Shown here: in pieces, positions 26,547 through 37,007 of the stretch
Layout of the letters: the number at the start of each line of letters is the position of its first letter
Numbering within the stretch: position 1 is the stretch's first letter
Source of the DNA: a virus
Reading direction: 5' to 3' (one strand)
Virus genome (UHGV): UHGV-1361890
Length of the DNA: 39,663 nt
Translations under genes and position numbers: made by a program
Notes under the pieces: generated by a model
Seen by the model: only the letters and a program-made list of their open reading frames with translations
Told to the model about the DNA's origin: nothing
Databases searched by the model: none

Positions 26547-26749
26547 CAGATCTCCTTTATCATCCTCATTTTAAATTTAGTCCACAGTACCGAGAAGCAG
26601 AATTAAAAATTGCGTTGCTTGAAAATGGGTGGACACTAAACGAAATTGAGAATACAGACTTGAAAGAACTTATGAAGCTTTATGCGTTCAGAGATGCTGT
26701 TAAAGAATTTGAAGAACTTAAATTCCTTGATGAACACACAATGTTCTAA
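26193..26749 (+). CDS. Tail chaperone frameshift fusion product (gpGT-like)
   Basis: The conserved G/GT architecture lies upstream of the tape-measure gene. The fusion ORF is continuous after a -1 slip at 26535-26543. Confidence 0.55.
26535..26543 (+). other. Programmed -1 ribosomal frameshift site (slippery AAAAAAAAG)
   Basis: The -1 frame stays open from here to the TAA at 26747-26749. I translated it as VTDLLYHPHFKF...EHTMF. Confidence 0.6.
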
Positions 26750-26767
26750 GAAGGGAGGGGGTACTTA

Positions 26768-29692
26768 TTGAACAATGAAGACTTAGTTTTAAAAATGATA
26801 CTAGATGAATCAGGATTCTCCCAAGGTCTAAATTCGGCAGTAAAAAAGTTGCAAGGTTTTGATGGAGAGGTTGACAGGACAGGACAAAAAGGCGGCCGCT
26901 CTCTTGGATCTATTTGGACGTCATTTGTTGGTAACTTTTTAGCCAGCGGAGCAACTAAAATTATTTCAAAAGGAATTGGGCTGATTACCAGCAACATCGA
27001 TGGGGCCATTAATCGTGTGGATACGTTAAATAATGCAAACCGTGTATTTGAAAATATGGGCTTTTCAGCTGGCGAAACATCAAAGACAATGGATAGCTTA
27101 AAGAAGAGTATCCAAGGGTTACCTACACCTTTAGACAGCGCAATTAAAGGTGTTCAATTAATTGCTTCGTCTACAAATGACTTAGGAAAATCAGAACAGA
27201 TTTTCGCGGCTTTAAATAATGGTATCCTCGGCTTTGGTGGGTCTGCAGAGATGGTAGACAATGCGATCATCCAGCTATCACAATCATTTTCAAATGGTAA
27301 AGTAGATGCGCAAACGTGGAACTCAATGATTAACAGTGGTTTGGGCCCAGCTTTAAACGCATTAGCGAAACAAATGGGGTTAACTGCTGGTCAGATGAAA
27401 GAAGGACTCTCCGATGGTTCAATTTCAGTTGAAGAATTTCAAGACTCTCTAATTAAATTGAATAAAGAAGGCGGAGGAGGTCTTAAATCATTAGAACAGA
27501 TTGCTAAAGACTCTACTGCAGGTATTAAAACCGGATTGGCTAACATGAAAACTGCGATCGTTCGTGGCGTGGCCAATGTTGTAACTAAAATTGACGAAGG
27601 CTTAAAGGGTGCAGGTTTTGGAAGTATAAGTGAAATCATTGCTGACAAAGGGGCAAAAATGGAAGCAGCTTTATCTAAATTTGCCGAGATGATTCCGCCA
27701 ATGATAAAAACAGCCAAAACATTGTATGATACGTTAAAACCTTATGCACCATTGCTTGCAGGTTTAGCTGGCAGTATTGGAACGTTGATGCTTGCTAAAA
27801 AAGTAAGTGCAGCATTCACGGCTTGGCAAAAAGCAACAGAAGGATTATCAATTGCGCAAGCGATACTTAATTCAACTATATTGGCGAATCCATTTGTCGC
27901 TATTTTAGCTGCAGTTGTAGGTTTAGTCACAGCGTTTATTTATCTTTGGAAAACCAATGAAGGTTTTAGAGATGCTGTTAAAAACATTTGGAAAAACATA
28001 CAGGAGGTCATTTCAAGCGCTGCCGATGCAGTTGTAAAAGCATGGAATTCCACAATGGAATTTTTCAGTAATATGTGGGATGGCACAAAAGAAGCTTTTT
28101 CAAATGCTGGTACATGGATGAAAGAAGCACCTGGAAATGCAGCCGACTGGGTTAAAAATAAATGGAATGGTACTAAAGAATTCTTTAGTGGACTTTGGGA
28201 TTCAACAAAAGAAGGCTCAAAAAACACATGGGAAAATATCAAGCAGGGTGCTGCTGATAGTGCTAAAAGCGTTGGCGAAAGTTTTAAAAATGGCTTTGAT
28301 AATGCAAAAGACTGGTTTAAGGGTGTTGGAAAATCAATATCAGATGTTTTCACAACAGCATTTGATTTTGTTTGGAAATATATTGGTCCGTATGCAACAG
28401 GAATCAAAAATGCGTTTAAAATGGTTGTTAACGCTATGAAAGCGAACATTGAAAATGTCAAAATGATCGCTGAAAATGTCGTTACCATTCTAAAAAATGT
28501 TCTGTTAGCTCCGATACTTTTCATTACATCAATGATTACCGGCGGATGGGAAGAAGCAAAAGAGAACATGATTGCCGTTTGGGATAATATTGCTGAAGCT
28601 GCTCAGACTATTTGGTTCGGGATTAAAAATATCTTTTATAACACTGTTACAGCTATTTCCTATTCAGTTACTTCTATTTTTAATGGATTGATGTTGACAA
28701 TTAAAAAGATTTGGATTGATGTGAAGTTATTTTTCACTTTGCTTTGGATTGATATTAAATATGGAGCAATCAACGTTTGGATTGAAATTAAATATTCTAT
28801 CATCGAAACGTGGATAAATATTAAATTTGAAGCAATAAGAATATGGGAAAGTTTGAAAACTTGGTTCTTCGAAACAGTAGAAAACATTAAAAATGGTGTG
28901 ATCGATGGCTGGAACAACCTAAAACAAGGAACCATTGATACATTTAATGCAACTGTTCAATGGTCAAAAGATACATGGTCCAATTTCAAACAGTGGATTA
29001 TTGATGCGGCGGTTGGAATAAAAGATGGTGTTGTTCAAACCTGGTATAGAATTAGAAATGGCACAATAGATACCTTCAACAACATGGTGCAAGGTGCTAA
29101 AAACGCATGGAATAATCTCACAAGAAGTGTCAGTGATACAGTGTCAAATGTAAAACAAACTTTTGAAGATTTAAAACATGTTGATTTATTTGAAATTGGT
29201 CAGAATATTATTCAAGGGCTTATTAATGGCATAACAGACAAGTTTAATAAATTAAAAGAAACAATGTTTAATATGGCTGATAATATTAAAAAATGGACTC
29301 AAAAGCAATTAAGAATATTTTCTCCTTCGAGATGGATGCGGGATATGATTGGTAAAAATATCGTGTTGGGTGTCGTTGCTGGTATTGACCAAGAAAAAGG
29401 AACTTTGGATAAATCGGTTAAAAAAATGACTGATTTGCCAACGGAATTACCGGATTTTTCTGTCACAGGTAGATATATTAGTAAACAGGAATCTCAAGCA
29501 TCTAAATCGGATAAGAACAACAGCAATGCAACGACTACCTTTGGTGGTGATACCTTTAACATTAATTTACAAGCAATGGGTGAATTAGATGATAAGCAAT
29601 TAATGAGCATGGCTCAAAAATTAGTTAAATACATTCAAGTCGTCAAAAATAGAGATAGCGATGCAGTAGGAGGTGCTTTTGGTGGAATTTAA
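26768..29692 (+). CDS. Tail tape-measure protein
   Basis: 974 aa with a TTG start after RBS GGGAGGGGG. It has a hydrophobic central segment and repeated W-containing helical motifs. Confidence 0.85.
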   Translation: MNNEDLVLKMILDESGFSQGLNSAVKKLQGFDGEVDRTGQKGGRSLGSIWTSFVGNFLASGATKIISKGIGLITSNIDGAINRVDTLNNANRVFENMGFSAGETSKTMDSLKKSIQGLPTPLDSAIKGVQLIASSTNDLGKSEQIFAALNNGILGFGGSAEMVDNAIIQLSQSFSNGKVDAQTWNSMINSGLGPALNALAKQMGLTAGQMKEGLSDGSISVEEFQDSLIKLNKEGGGGLKSLEQIAKDSTAGIKTGLANMKTAIVRGVANVVTKIDEGLKGAGFGSISEIIADKGAKMEAALSKFAEMIPPMIKTAKTLYDTLKPYAPLLAGLAGSIGTLMLAKKVSAAFTAWQKATEGLSIAQAILNSTILANPFVAILAAVVGLVTAFIYLWKTNEGFRDAVKNIWKNIQEVISSAADAVVKAWNSTMEFFSNMWDGTKEAFSNAGTWMKEAPGNAADWVKNKWNGTKEFFSGLWDSTKEGSKNTWENIKQGAADSAKSVGESFKNGFDNAKDWFKGVGKSISDVFTTAFDFVWKYIGPYATGIKNAFKMVVNAMKANIENVKMIAENVVTILKNVLLAPILFITSMITGGWEEAKENMIAVWDNIAEAAQTIWFGIKNIFYNTVTAISYSVTSIFNGLMLTIKKIWIDVKLFFTLLWIDIKYGAINVWIEIKYSIIETWINIKFEAIRIWESLKTWFFETVENIKNGVIDGWNNLKQGTIDTFNATVQWSKDTWSNFKQWIIDAAVGIKDGVVQTWYRIRNGTIDTFNNMVQGAKNAWNNLTRSVSDTVSNVKQTFEDLKHVDLFEIGQNIIQGLINGITDKFNKLKETMFNMADNIKKWTQKQLRIFSPSRWMRDMIGKNIVLGVVAGIDQEKGTLDKSVKKMTDLPTELPDFSVTGRYISKQESQASKSDKNNSNATTTFGGDTFNINLQAMGELDDKQLMSMAQKLVKYIQVVKNRDSDAVGGAFGGI

Positions 29693-30416
29693 AAGAGGTC
29701 AGTTTTTTCTTAATGGAAAACATAGCTCTGAATTTAATGTGTTTATGAGAGAAAGACCTGAACGACTTTCTGCTGGACGTGTAGTAGAGCTTAGGGAGCG
29801 AATGGGTAATGATTCAATAGCTGTTGATTTTGAGTATTATAAAAATGTAGAACGCACTATTACATGCTATGCGAAAGCAAGAAATTTACAAGAAGTATCT
29901 TTCTTAGAAGATGAAATCACGTTCTGGCTCGATATGGGAAACTACTCAGACTTTATCGTCTATTTTGATGAACATTACATCTATCAAGCCATCGTAACAA
30001 GTCCACCAAAGTTTACAGGAACAAGAAAAACAGGGATTTTAATTCCTTTTGAGTTTACTGTAAGTATCCGACCTTTCAAAAAAAATCGTATTGGCCAATA
30101 TTGGACAAGTAATCCTAAACAATTAATAAACACAGAAAAATATCCTTCAGAACCTACTATTCAGATTTTTGGTTCTGGGGATATTTCTTTTTTCATCAAT
30201 AATCAGGAATACGCATTAAAAGCGATTGCTGGAGACATCATTATTGATTCAGAAAAACAAGAAGCTTATCGAAACTCAGGTGGAGCTTTTGAAATTTTGG
30301 ATCATAAAACACTTTTCAAAGATTACCCAATTTTAAAAAGTGGAGAAAATAATTTTCGCTGGACTGGAAAAGTTACAGAGTTTAAGGTTCAGCCTAATTG
30401 GAGGCGGAAAGTTTGA
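29673..30416 (+). CDS. Distal tail protein (Dit, Sipho_tail family)
   Basis: 247 aa, directly after the tape-measure gene. Confidence 0.65.
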   Translation: MLLVEFKRGQFFLNGKHSSEFNVFMRERPERLSAGRVVELRERMGNDSIAVDFEYYKNVERTITCYAKARNLQEVSFLEDEITFWLDMGNYSDFIVYFDEHYIYQAIVTSPPKFTGTRKTGILIPFEFTVSIRPFKKNRIGQYWTSNPKQLINTEKYPSEPTIQIFGSGDISFFINNQEYALKAIAGDIIIDSEKQEAYRNSGGAFEILDHKTLFKDYPILKSGENNFRWTGKVTEFKVQPNWRRKV

Positions 30417-33205
30417 TTCCAGTTATTTTTAAACCTGGAGAAAAAGATTTTACAACAAACGGCTTAGGACGTCTTATTGATGCGACACGTTGCGAAATCA
30501 CTGAAGAAGCAAACGGAAAATATGAACTAGAAATGGACTATCCAGCGATTAGCAGATTTAGTGATTATTTCGAAAATGGCTATCAAATTAAAGCAAAGCC
30601 AAATGACTTAGAAGAATACCACATTTTCGAGATCAAACAAACGTTTAAAGATACGTTTACTAATAGTATTGTCATTTATGCTCAATCTCGTACTTATAAA
30701 CTAGGAAACAGACAAGTGAGGCTAGTAACAGTTGATAATCGTAATGGTGCAGAAGCTATGAGATTAATCGAACAGAACATGGACGAACCATGCGATATCA
30801 AACTATATTCTGATATTAACACAGCTTCTAGTACGGTATTCGAAGCTAGAAACGTACTTAATTGTATTGCTGGTGAACAAGGTTCTTTGCTTCAATATTG
30901 GGGTGGAGAAATCAAACGAGAACCTTTTAAATTATCTTTGTTAAGACGTAGAGGACGAGATAACGTTGGAACTGTTCGTTATGGTAAAGATTTAAAAGGA
31001 TTAACCATTAAATTTGATTGGCAATCAATTGTTACTAAAGTTTTACCATTTGCAGAGCTTCAAAGTGGTGTAGACGGAACTTCTCAACGGATTTATGGAG
31101 ATGCGGTTAAGAGCGAATATATCAACAAATATCCAGATGTTTACGCTCAATACGTTCAGTTCACTGAAGATCAAGGAGTAAAAGATTTATCCAGCTTAAA
31201 TAAAGTGGCAGGTAAATACTTCACTACATTATATCCAGGAAGTGATAAGCCTAAAGTTTCTATTGAACTAGAAATTGAGAAACTCACAGATTCAGAAGAA
31301 GCAAAAGAATTTGCGAAAATGAGAAACTATAATTTATTCGATACGTTCACTGTTTATCACAAGTTTTATGATATTGACATTCAAACGAAAGTTACAGGGA
31401 TTGTCTATGATGCTTTAGCAGAAAAAACAATAAAGATTACTGCTGGAGATATCCAAGTTGCTTTTTATAAACAGCAAAGTCAAGATTTTCAAGAAGCAAT
31501 TAAAACCTTAACTAAAAAAGACTACATGAGTAACTTTATTGATTACATTACCGATTTAATCAATGGCGTGAAAGGTGGTAGTATTCTTCAATATCCTAAA
31601 AATAGGCCACATACGCTTTATTTTATGGATACAGATTCCACAGATACCGCAAAGAATGTTATCGCTATTAATAACCAAGGTATCGGTTTTTCAACTACTG
31701 GATGGAAAGGCCCATTTAGAAACGCCTGGACCATTGATGGTATTTTAAATGCCGATTTTATCAGAGCTGGTAAAATTAGATCTGATATTTTTGAAACGTC
31801 ATTTAACTCTTACGGAGATATATTACGTTTAGTCAATGGTGCTTTACAAGCATGGAATGGAAAAACTAAAATAATGGAATTGACCAAAAAAGGTACGGAG
31901 TTCTGGAATGGCAATAGTCATGTTGGTACGATGGGAACAAAAGGAAATCCTTTTCCTGAATTAAACGATGTTAACGGAAATCCAGTCGTTACAGATGGCA
32001 AAGCATTGTTACTAGTAGGCGATAGTTCTTATAACACAATTGGATTATCTAACGAAAAAAATACAGGACTTGTCTTATCTGGTAAAAATCAGTTTCATTT
32101 GGGAAATCATTTTTATTTTATCGGTAAAGGTGGCACTCCTTCAACGATATATGCAGATAAAATGTTTTTACAAGGCAAAGAAGTTATCCCTGGTCAAAAT
32201 GGCGGTGGTGGTTCTGGAGCTGGTACAGGTGGTTATCCATCTGAAGTTACAAGTGATGCTGATAAATTTGCTTGGGACTTATGGAGTTACCTTTTAGCTA
32301 ACGGATACAGCAAAGCAGCTGCTGCAGGTATCCTCGGAAATGTGCAAGGTGAAGTTGGCCCAAACATGAATCCAGATACAGAACAAAATGGAGGTCCTGG
32401 TTATGGTTGGGTCCAATGGGACGGATCAGCATATCCATTGGTTGGAGCACCAACTTGGAATGGCCGAGAATATGTGCAACGCTTAATCGCAGCTGCAGGT
32501 ATTAAACAAGACTACAGAACATCGTTAGCTCAAGCACAATTAATTAATTGGTGTATGTTCAATGGGCAATGGTTAGGACAAGTAAGTCCATTAACAGTTG
32601 ATGAATTTAAAGTTGTTAGCTCGCCTAAAACAGCTGCTTATGCGTTTGAATTAAACTTTGAACGTCCAGCTGCAGCACATCCAGAAAGACAAACCTATGC
32701 ACAAGCATGGTATGACAAATTCAAAGATTTGAAAGCTTCTACTGCGACAGGGAAAGCTGGAATTGAACATTTAGAGACCTTAATGGGAAAATGGTTAGGT
32801 AATGGCCAATGTTACGCAGTACCAGCCGAATATTCTGGCTTTATGGGTGGCTGTGGTTTAGGTGCAGGTACAATTTATGGATTGTCACATGTCATTGGTG
32901 ATACATCAGCTGCTGCAGATATTGGCGAAGCATATGATTGGAATGCAGTCGGTTGGAAAGTAATCTCAAATCCTACGTATAAAGATTTAGTCGTTGGAGC
33001 TATCGTCAATATTAGACGAAGTGGACAATGGGGAACTGGTTGGACAGTAGACCCCGCATATGGCCACACAGGCGTGATTTACGGCTTAGATAATGGACGT
33101 ATTCAAACCATAGAGCAGAATGCTGAGCAAGGCCAAATTGTCGCAAAGTACGACCGTCTTTATTTTGAGGGTTCTATCCAATCAATAGTTATACCACCAA
33201 AATAG
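30398..33205 (+). CDS. Tail-associated lysin (Tal): prophage-tail endopeptidase N-terminal domain, a lysozyme-like domain and a C-terminal CHAP domain
   Basis: FAWDLWSYLLANGYSKAAAAGILGNVQGEVG...GYGWVQW is a tail-lysozyme-like block. The C-terminus GQCYAV...AYGHTGVIYG supplies the CHAP Cys/His residues. Confidence 0.75.
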   Translation: MEAESLIPVIFKPGEKDFTTNGLGRLIDATRCEITEEANGKYELEMDYPAISRFSDYFENGYQIKAKPNDLEEYHIFEIKQTFKDTFTNSIVIYAQSRTYKLGNRQVRLVTVDNRNGAEAMRLIEQNMDEPCDIKLYSDINTASSTVFEARNVLNCIAGEQGSLLQYWGGEIKREPFKLSLLRRRGRDNVGTVRYGKDLKGLTIKFDWQSIVTKVLPFAELQSGVDGTSQRIYGDAVKSEYINKYPDVYAQYVQFTEDQGVKDLSSLNKVAGKYFTTLYPGSDKPKVSIELEIEKLTDSEEAKEFAKMRNYNLFDTFTVYHKFYDIDIQTKVTGIVYDALAEKTIKITAGDIQVAFYKQQSQDFQEAIKTLTKKDYMSNFIDYITDLINGVKGGSILQYPKNRPHTLYFMDTDSTDTAKNVIAINNQGIGFSTTGWKGPFRNAWTIDGILNADFIRAGKIRSDIFETSFNSYGDILRLVNGALQAWNGKTKIMELTKKGTEFWNGNSHVGTMGTKGNPFPELNDVNGNPVVTDGKALLLVGDSSYNTIGLSNEKNTGLVLSGKNQFHLGNHFYFIGKGGTPSTIYADKMFLQGKEVIPGQNGGGGSGAGTGGYPSEVTSDADKFAWDLWSYLLANGYSKAAAAGILGNVQGEVGPNMNPDTEQNGGPGYGWVQWDGSAYPLVGAPTWNGREYVQRLIAAAGIKQDYRTSLAQAQLINWCMFNGQWLGQVSPLTVDEFKVVSSPKTAAYAFELNFERPAAAHPERQTYAQAWYDKFKDLKASTATGKAGIEHLETLMGKWLGNGQCYAVPAEYSGFMGGCGLGAGTIYGLSHVIGDTSAAADIGEAYDWNAVGWKVISNPTYKDLVVGAIVNIRRSGQWGTGWTVDPAYGHTGVIYGLDNGRIQTIEQNAEQGQIVAKYDRLYFEGSIQSIVIPPK

Positions 33206-33223
33206 TGAAAGGAGGATTTTTTT

Positions 33224-34099
33224 ATGGTTAAATGGCAAGCAACACTAAGCACTACCGAGCCTTACAACTATGTAGGCATTATTAATGTCCGTCAGGGGAA
33301 TAAGAATACAGAAAAATTAGAAGTAAATATCGTAGAAAATGCTTTGCCATTAGATCTAACTAATTGCAAGGTATTTTTTGAATCTGTAATCAGTAATAAA
33401 TACCCTATTCAGCGGCCAGCAACGGTTGTAGATGCGCGTAGTGGGATCATTCAGTACACTTTTGATGAATATTCTATGCAGTCGTTACATCGCCAAGAAG
33501 CTTATTTTACGATTTATAACGGTGAAGAATTAATTGGTTCAACGCAGAATTTTTCTTATTTCGTCATTAAAGCAGCTTCTAAAACAGAAGGTGAAATGGG
33601 GTCATACTGGCAGTCAATTGAAGATTTAATAGCGGATATGACCGCTTTTATCAATGAAAACAAAGGCGATTTTACTGATTGGATGAACGCCAGAAAAGAA
33701 GAGTTTGAAGCGTGGCGAGATGCGCAAAAAACAGATTTCACTTCATGGTTCGAATCAATCAAAGATATTTTAAAAACGATTGATCCTGGCGGTACGATGT
33801 TAGTCGAGCTAATGGATGCACGTGTAGACATTCAAGGAGTGCGCCATAATTCAATTTCTGAACGTTTATTGGCAGATATGGAATATTTGTATCAGAGGTT
33901 AGAAGAACGGCTATACACCATCAAGTACGGCAATGTAAACACGTTAGAAATTTTAGAGGATGATTCATTTTCTAAGAATCATGAAGTTGAACTGGTGGGT
34001 ACAGTCAATTTTCCAATCGAGGAAGGGGCGTTAATCATAGCGACAGTTGATGATCCAAAACAAAATGTTTTTACGATTGAAGGTGCAGATAATGGTTGA
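33224..34099 (+). CDS. Baseplate/tail structural protein (hypothetical)
   Basis: 291 aa, lying between Tal and the fibre genes. Confidence 0.45.
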   Translation: MVKWQATLSTTEPYNYVGIINVRQGNKNTEKLEVNIVENALPLDLTNCKVFFESVISNKYPIQRPATVVDARSGIIQYTFDEYSMQSLHRQEAYFTIYNGEELIGSTQNFSYFVIKAASKTEGEMGSYWQSIEDLIADMTAFINENKGDFTDWMNARKEEFEAWRDAQKTDFTSWFESIKDILKTIDPGGTMLVELMDARVDIQGVRHNSISERLLADMEYLYQRLEERLYTIKYGNVNTLEILEDDSFSKNHEVELVGTVNFPIEEGALIIATVDDPKQNVFTIEGADNG

Positions 34100-34409
34100 T
34101 GCTAAAAGAATGATGGAAACCGATGAAAATGGTATTAAACGTCAGTTTTTTCCTATGACACACGTATCGGCAATCCTTGGACTAACAGAGATAATGGCTG
34201 GTAATTCAAAAGTATCTTCAGTAAATGGACATACAGGCGCAGTCATTATTACGCGTGCAGACTTAGATTTACCTATCGATGGGATTATGATTTCGAAACA
34301 GGAGTATGACAAAATGTTAAAAATCATAGCCGATTATGAAGCTGGAAAACTAGGTGGTTCTGGTGTTGAGTTTGAAAAAGTAAAAGGAGATGAAGAAATA
34401 AATGCCTGA
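34092..34409 (+). CDS. Small tail-fibre-like protein containing an SVNGHTGAV motif
   Basis: The ATG at 34092 has an RBS GAAGGTG. The ORF track extends upstream to 34047. Confidence 0.45.
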   Translation: MVDAKRMMETDENGIKRQFFPMTHVSAILGLTEIMAGNSKVSSVNGHTGAVIITRADLDLPIDGIMISKQEYDKMLKIIADYEAGKLGGSGVEFEKVKGDEEINA

Positions 34410-34719
34410 TTTATATGTAGTGAAAAAAGACGGCGTAGCTATTGATGTACAAACTAGTACAGCTGGCGTTGTTGGATTAAATGAATTTGTTGATGGAAAA
34501 ATTAGTGGTGCTGGAGCAGGCACTGTTTCGTCTGTAAATGGTCACACAGGTGAAGTTACATTAAGTGCTACTGACGTAAGAGCTTTGCCTGACACAACTA
34601 TCATTCCAACACTTCCTGGCAATGCCACTGCTGAAAAAGACGGTTTAATGTCTAAAACGGATAAAGCAAAATTGGATGCATTACCAGTTTTTACATTTGA
34701 AAAGGTAGGTGAAGCGTAA
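34402..34719 (+). CDS. Small tail-fibre-like protein containing an SVNGHTGEV motif
   Basis: Shares the (V)SSVNGHTG(A/E)V(I/T)L...D(L/V)(D/R)ALP block with the preceding gene. Confidence 0.45.
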   Translation: MPDLYVVKKDGVAIDVQTSTAGVVGLNEFVDGKISGAGAGTVSSVNGHTGEVTLSATDVRALPDTTIIPTLPGNATAEKDGLMSKTDKAKLDALPVFTFEKVGEA

Positions 34720-35228
34720 TGGCAGATATCGTTCAGTTAAAAGAAAATGGCACTGTAAAGTATATGAAAACACACGCAGATGCCATCGATGGTATTGAAG
34801 GTAAATTAGTAAAGGCTGTTGGAAATGAGACTGTTTTAGGTACTAAGGATTTTCAAGATGGATGTCTTTCAAAAGGCAACGCAGTATTAACTCAAAATGG
34901 ATTAAAATATAAATCATTTACGCCAACTGATCTTGATTCTTTACAAGGTGGATCTGTAACTTTTGAACGTTACGGTGACATTGTAACTGTTCAATTTACG
35001 ATTCAAACGCGAATCGATAAAGATTTTGCAAAAGATCAAACGATTGTTTGGGGAATACCAGATGAATTTCAACCGAACACGGACAAACTATTTCCGTTAA
35101 TTAATAGTGTTGGGAGTGGCGGAATTGTTAAATTTGTCAGTGGTGTTAGAATATCAGCTCAAACAACCATCGCAAAAAACACGTGGTATTGGGGAACAAT
35201 CACTTATATTGCTAAAAACAGATTATAA
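34719..35228 (+). CDS. Putative receptor-binding/tail-fibre tip protein
   Basis: 169 aa in the conserved position ahead of the XkdW/XkdX-like genes. Confidence 0.35.
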   Translation: MADIVQLKENGTVKYMKTHADAIDGIEGKLVKAVGNETVLGTKDFQDGCLSKGNAVLTQNGLKYKSFTPTDLDSLQGGSVTFERYGDIVTVQFTIQTRIDKDFAKDQTIVWGIPDEFQPNTDKLFPLINSVGSGGIVKFVSGVRISAQTTIAKNTWYWGTITYIAKNRL

Positions 35229-35244
35229 TCAGGAGATGACATAG

Positions 35245-35619
35245 ATGAAAACTATTTATAAAGTTTTGTATCCTGTGGGCTATGAACCACAAGAAGTAAG
35301 TGACACATACAACGTTGCTTTGCCATACGTGGTAGAAAAACCACTTGAAGGTTTAGCAAATGAACAATCACAATTCTTTAATTTCTCGGAACGAAAATGG
35401 GAAGAAGCGGTCACGCAAGATTATTCGAAGAAATTAAATCTGTTAGAAAACCTTTCAGCAGTATTAGAAGCAGATAACACTGCTTTAAAACAAGCAAATG
35501 AAAAACTAAATGCTAAAGCAGAATCGCTTGCGCAAATCAATTCAAAGACTATGCTTACGTCTCTTCAAAATTCAAAAGAAATTGATGCGATTAAAGAACA
35601 AATCGGAGGTGCAAAATAA
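35245..35619 (+). CDS. Hypothetical protein (XkdW-like position)
   Basis: 124 aa with a C-terminal coiled-coil. Confidence 0.35.
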   Translation: MKTIYKVLYPVGYEPQEVSDTYNVALPYVVEKPLEGLANEQSQFFNFSERKWEEAVTQDYSKKLNLLENLSAVLEADNTALKQANEKLNAKAESLAQINSKTMLTSLQNSKEIDAIKEQIGGAK

Positions 35620-35756
35620 TGTATTCATATGATGACATTAAACTGATGTATGACTGGGGGCTATTTACTCCAGAGCAGGTTGCAGAATTTGTACCTAGTT
35701 GTATTACAGAAGAGGAATTTACTAAAATGACAGGAAAACCGTTTAGCGAAAGCTAA
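35619..35756 (+). CDS. XkdX-family small phage protein (45 aa)
   Basis: MYSYDDIKLMYDWGLFTPEQVAEFVPSCITEEEFTKMTG fits the XkdX pattern. RBS GGAGGT. Missing from the ORF track because it is under 60 aa. Confidence 0.55.
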   Translation: MYSYDDIKLMYDWGLFTPEQVAEFVPSCITEEEFTKMTGKPFSES

Positions 35757-35768
35757 GCGGTTTTTATT
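35739..35768 (+). terminator. Terminator-like hairpin CCGTTTAGC-GAAA-GCTAAGCGG followed by TTTTTATT
   Basis: 9-bp stem with one G.U pair and a GNRA tetraloop. Confidence 0.45.
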
Positions 35769-35785
35769 ATTGGAAGGTGGAAAAT

Positions 35786-36190
35786 ATGGTGATTATTGAT
35801 AATCAAGCATTGATACTAGAATTTAAGAATATGATTTCTAACGGATTTATCCAAGTGTTTGTCTGGATTGTGTTAGGGGATATCTTAACAGGATTATGTA
35901 AAGGGATTTTCATTAAGGAGGGTAATAGCACAAAAGGATTGCTAGGATTGGTAAAACATCTTTTAGTGGTTTGCCTAGTAAGTATTGCTTATCCATACTT
36001 AAAAATCATGGGTCTAGAATCAATCGCTACTGGATTTGTCTTATTTTATATAGCAGTGTATGGCATTTCCATTATTGAAAACTTAGGGCAGTTAGGCGTT
36101 CCTTTTCCTTCATGGGTTAAGGAGCATTTAAGTAAATTAAAAGATGAAAATGATAAAGGTGGTGAACCTAAAGATGGTGCAAGTGATTAA
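35786..36190 (+). CDS. Holin (Phage_holin_4_1-like)
   Basis: FVWIVLGDILTGLCKGIF...LLGLVKHLLVVCLVSIAYPYL is a holin-like TM pattern. RBS GAAGGTGG before the ATG at 35786. Confidence 0.7.
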   Translation: MVIIDNQALILEFKNMISNGFIQVFVWIVLGDILTGLCKGIFIKEGNSTKGLLGLVKHLLVVCLVSIAYPYLKIMGLESIATGFVLFYIAVYGISIIENLGQLGVPFPSWVKEHLSKLKDENDKGGEPKDGASD

Positions 36191-37007
36191 TCAATCTGTT
36201 TGCGGTGGGATTGCCGGGAGACGTCCCAATGCAACGCCAAAAGGTGTTGTCATTCACAATGATGCCGGAAGTATTTATGCCACAGCTGCGCAATATGTCA
36301 ATGCCTTGGCTGTAATGTCTCCTACACAACTGGCGAATGGTTTTGCTCATTATTATATTGATCGGAATACAATTGCACGTGTAGAAGATACATTCAATGC
36401 AGCATGGCACACAGCGAATCCAGAGGGTAATTTGAACTATGTTGGCTATGAAGTATGTCAATCAATGGGTGCTAGCGATGCCGATTTTTTAGCTAATGAA
36501 CAAATGACATTTAAACAAGTTGCTGAAGATATGAAGTTTTGGGGAATGCATCCTAATAGAGATACTGTAAGATTACACAAAGAATTTGTTCCTACGGCAT
36601 GTCCTCACCGTTCGTGGGAATTGCATGGAAAAGAAACAAATGCCGTAAAAGACTATTTTATTAGCCAAATAAAAAAATATATGGGCAATCCAAACGAAGG
36701 CAATGGCAATTCAAATAATAACAATCAAAATAATATAAAAGGTGGAGAAACGACTATGCAATGTTTATACGAAAGACCAATTAATTCAAAGACGGGTAAA
36801 CTAGAATGGAATGGAGATGCTTGGACGGTAATGTTTTGTAACGGAGTGAATACAAGACGTGTGTCTCATCCGGATGAAATGAAAGTCATTGAGGACCTAT
36901 ACAAGAGAAACAACGGAAAAGATATTCCTTTCTACGGACAAGATAAATGGAACAAAAACGCTCCTTGGTATAATCGCTTAGAAGCTATGTTTCCAGTCGT
37001 GAAATAA
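36174..37007 (+). CDS. Endolysin: N-acetylmuramoyl-L-alanine amidase (Amidase_2/PGRP fold) with a C-terminal cell-wall-binding domain
   Basis: VVIHNDAGS and HKEFVPTACPHRS parallel the IFVHCSAT and HHEVAPKACPSF blocks of T7 lysozyme. RBS AAGGTGGTGA before the ATG at 36174. Confidence 0.85.
   Translation: MVQVINQSVCGGIAGRRPNATPKGVVIHNDAGSIYATAAQYVNALAVMSPTQLANGFAHYYIDRNTIARVEDTFNAAWHTANPEGNLNYVGYEVCQSMGASDADFLANEQMTFKQVAEDMKFWGMHPNRDTVRLHKEFVPTACPHRSWELHGKETNAVKDYFISQIKKYMGNPNEGNGNSNNNNQNNIKGGETTMQCLYERPINSKTGKLEWNGDAWTVMFCNGVNTRRVSHPDEMKVIEDLYKRNNGKDIPFYGQDKWNKNAPWYNRLEAMFPVVK

Noticed and set aside
27439-28935. Several minus-strand ORFs inside the tape-measure gene (for example 27940-28569)
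   Set aside because: They are antisense to a 974-aa structural gene within an uninterrupted plus-strand late operon. Their translations are hydrophobic low-complexity sequences typical of shadow frames.
34047-34091. Upstream extension of the first small fibre ORF (ORF-track start 34047)
   Set aside because: It would overlap 50 nt of the preceding gene. An RBS-preceded ATG at 34092 overlaps the upstream stop codon, as expected for coupled late genes.
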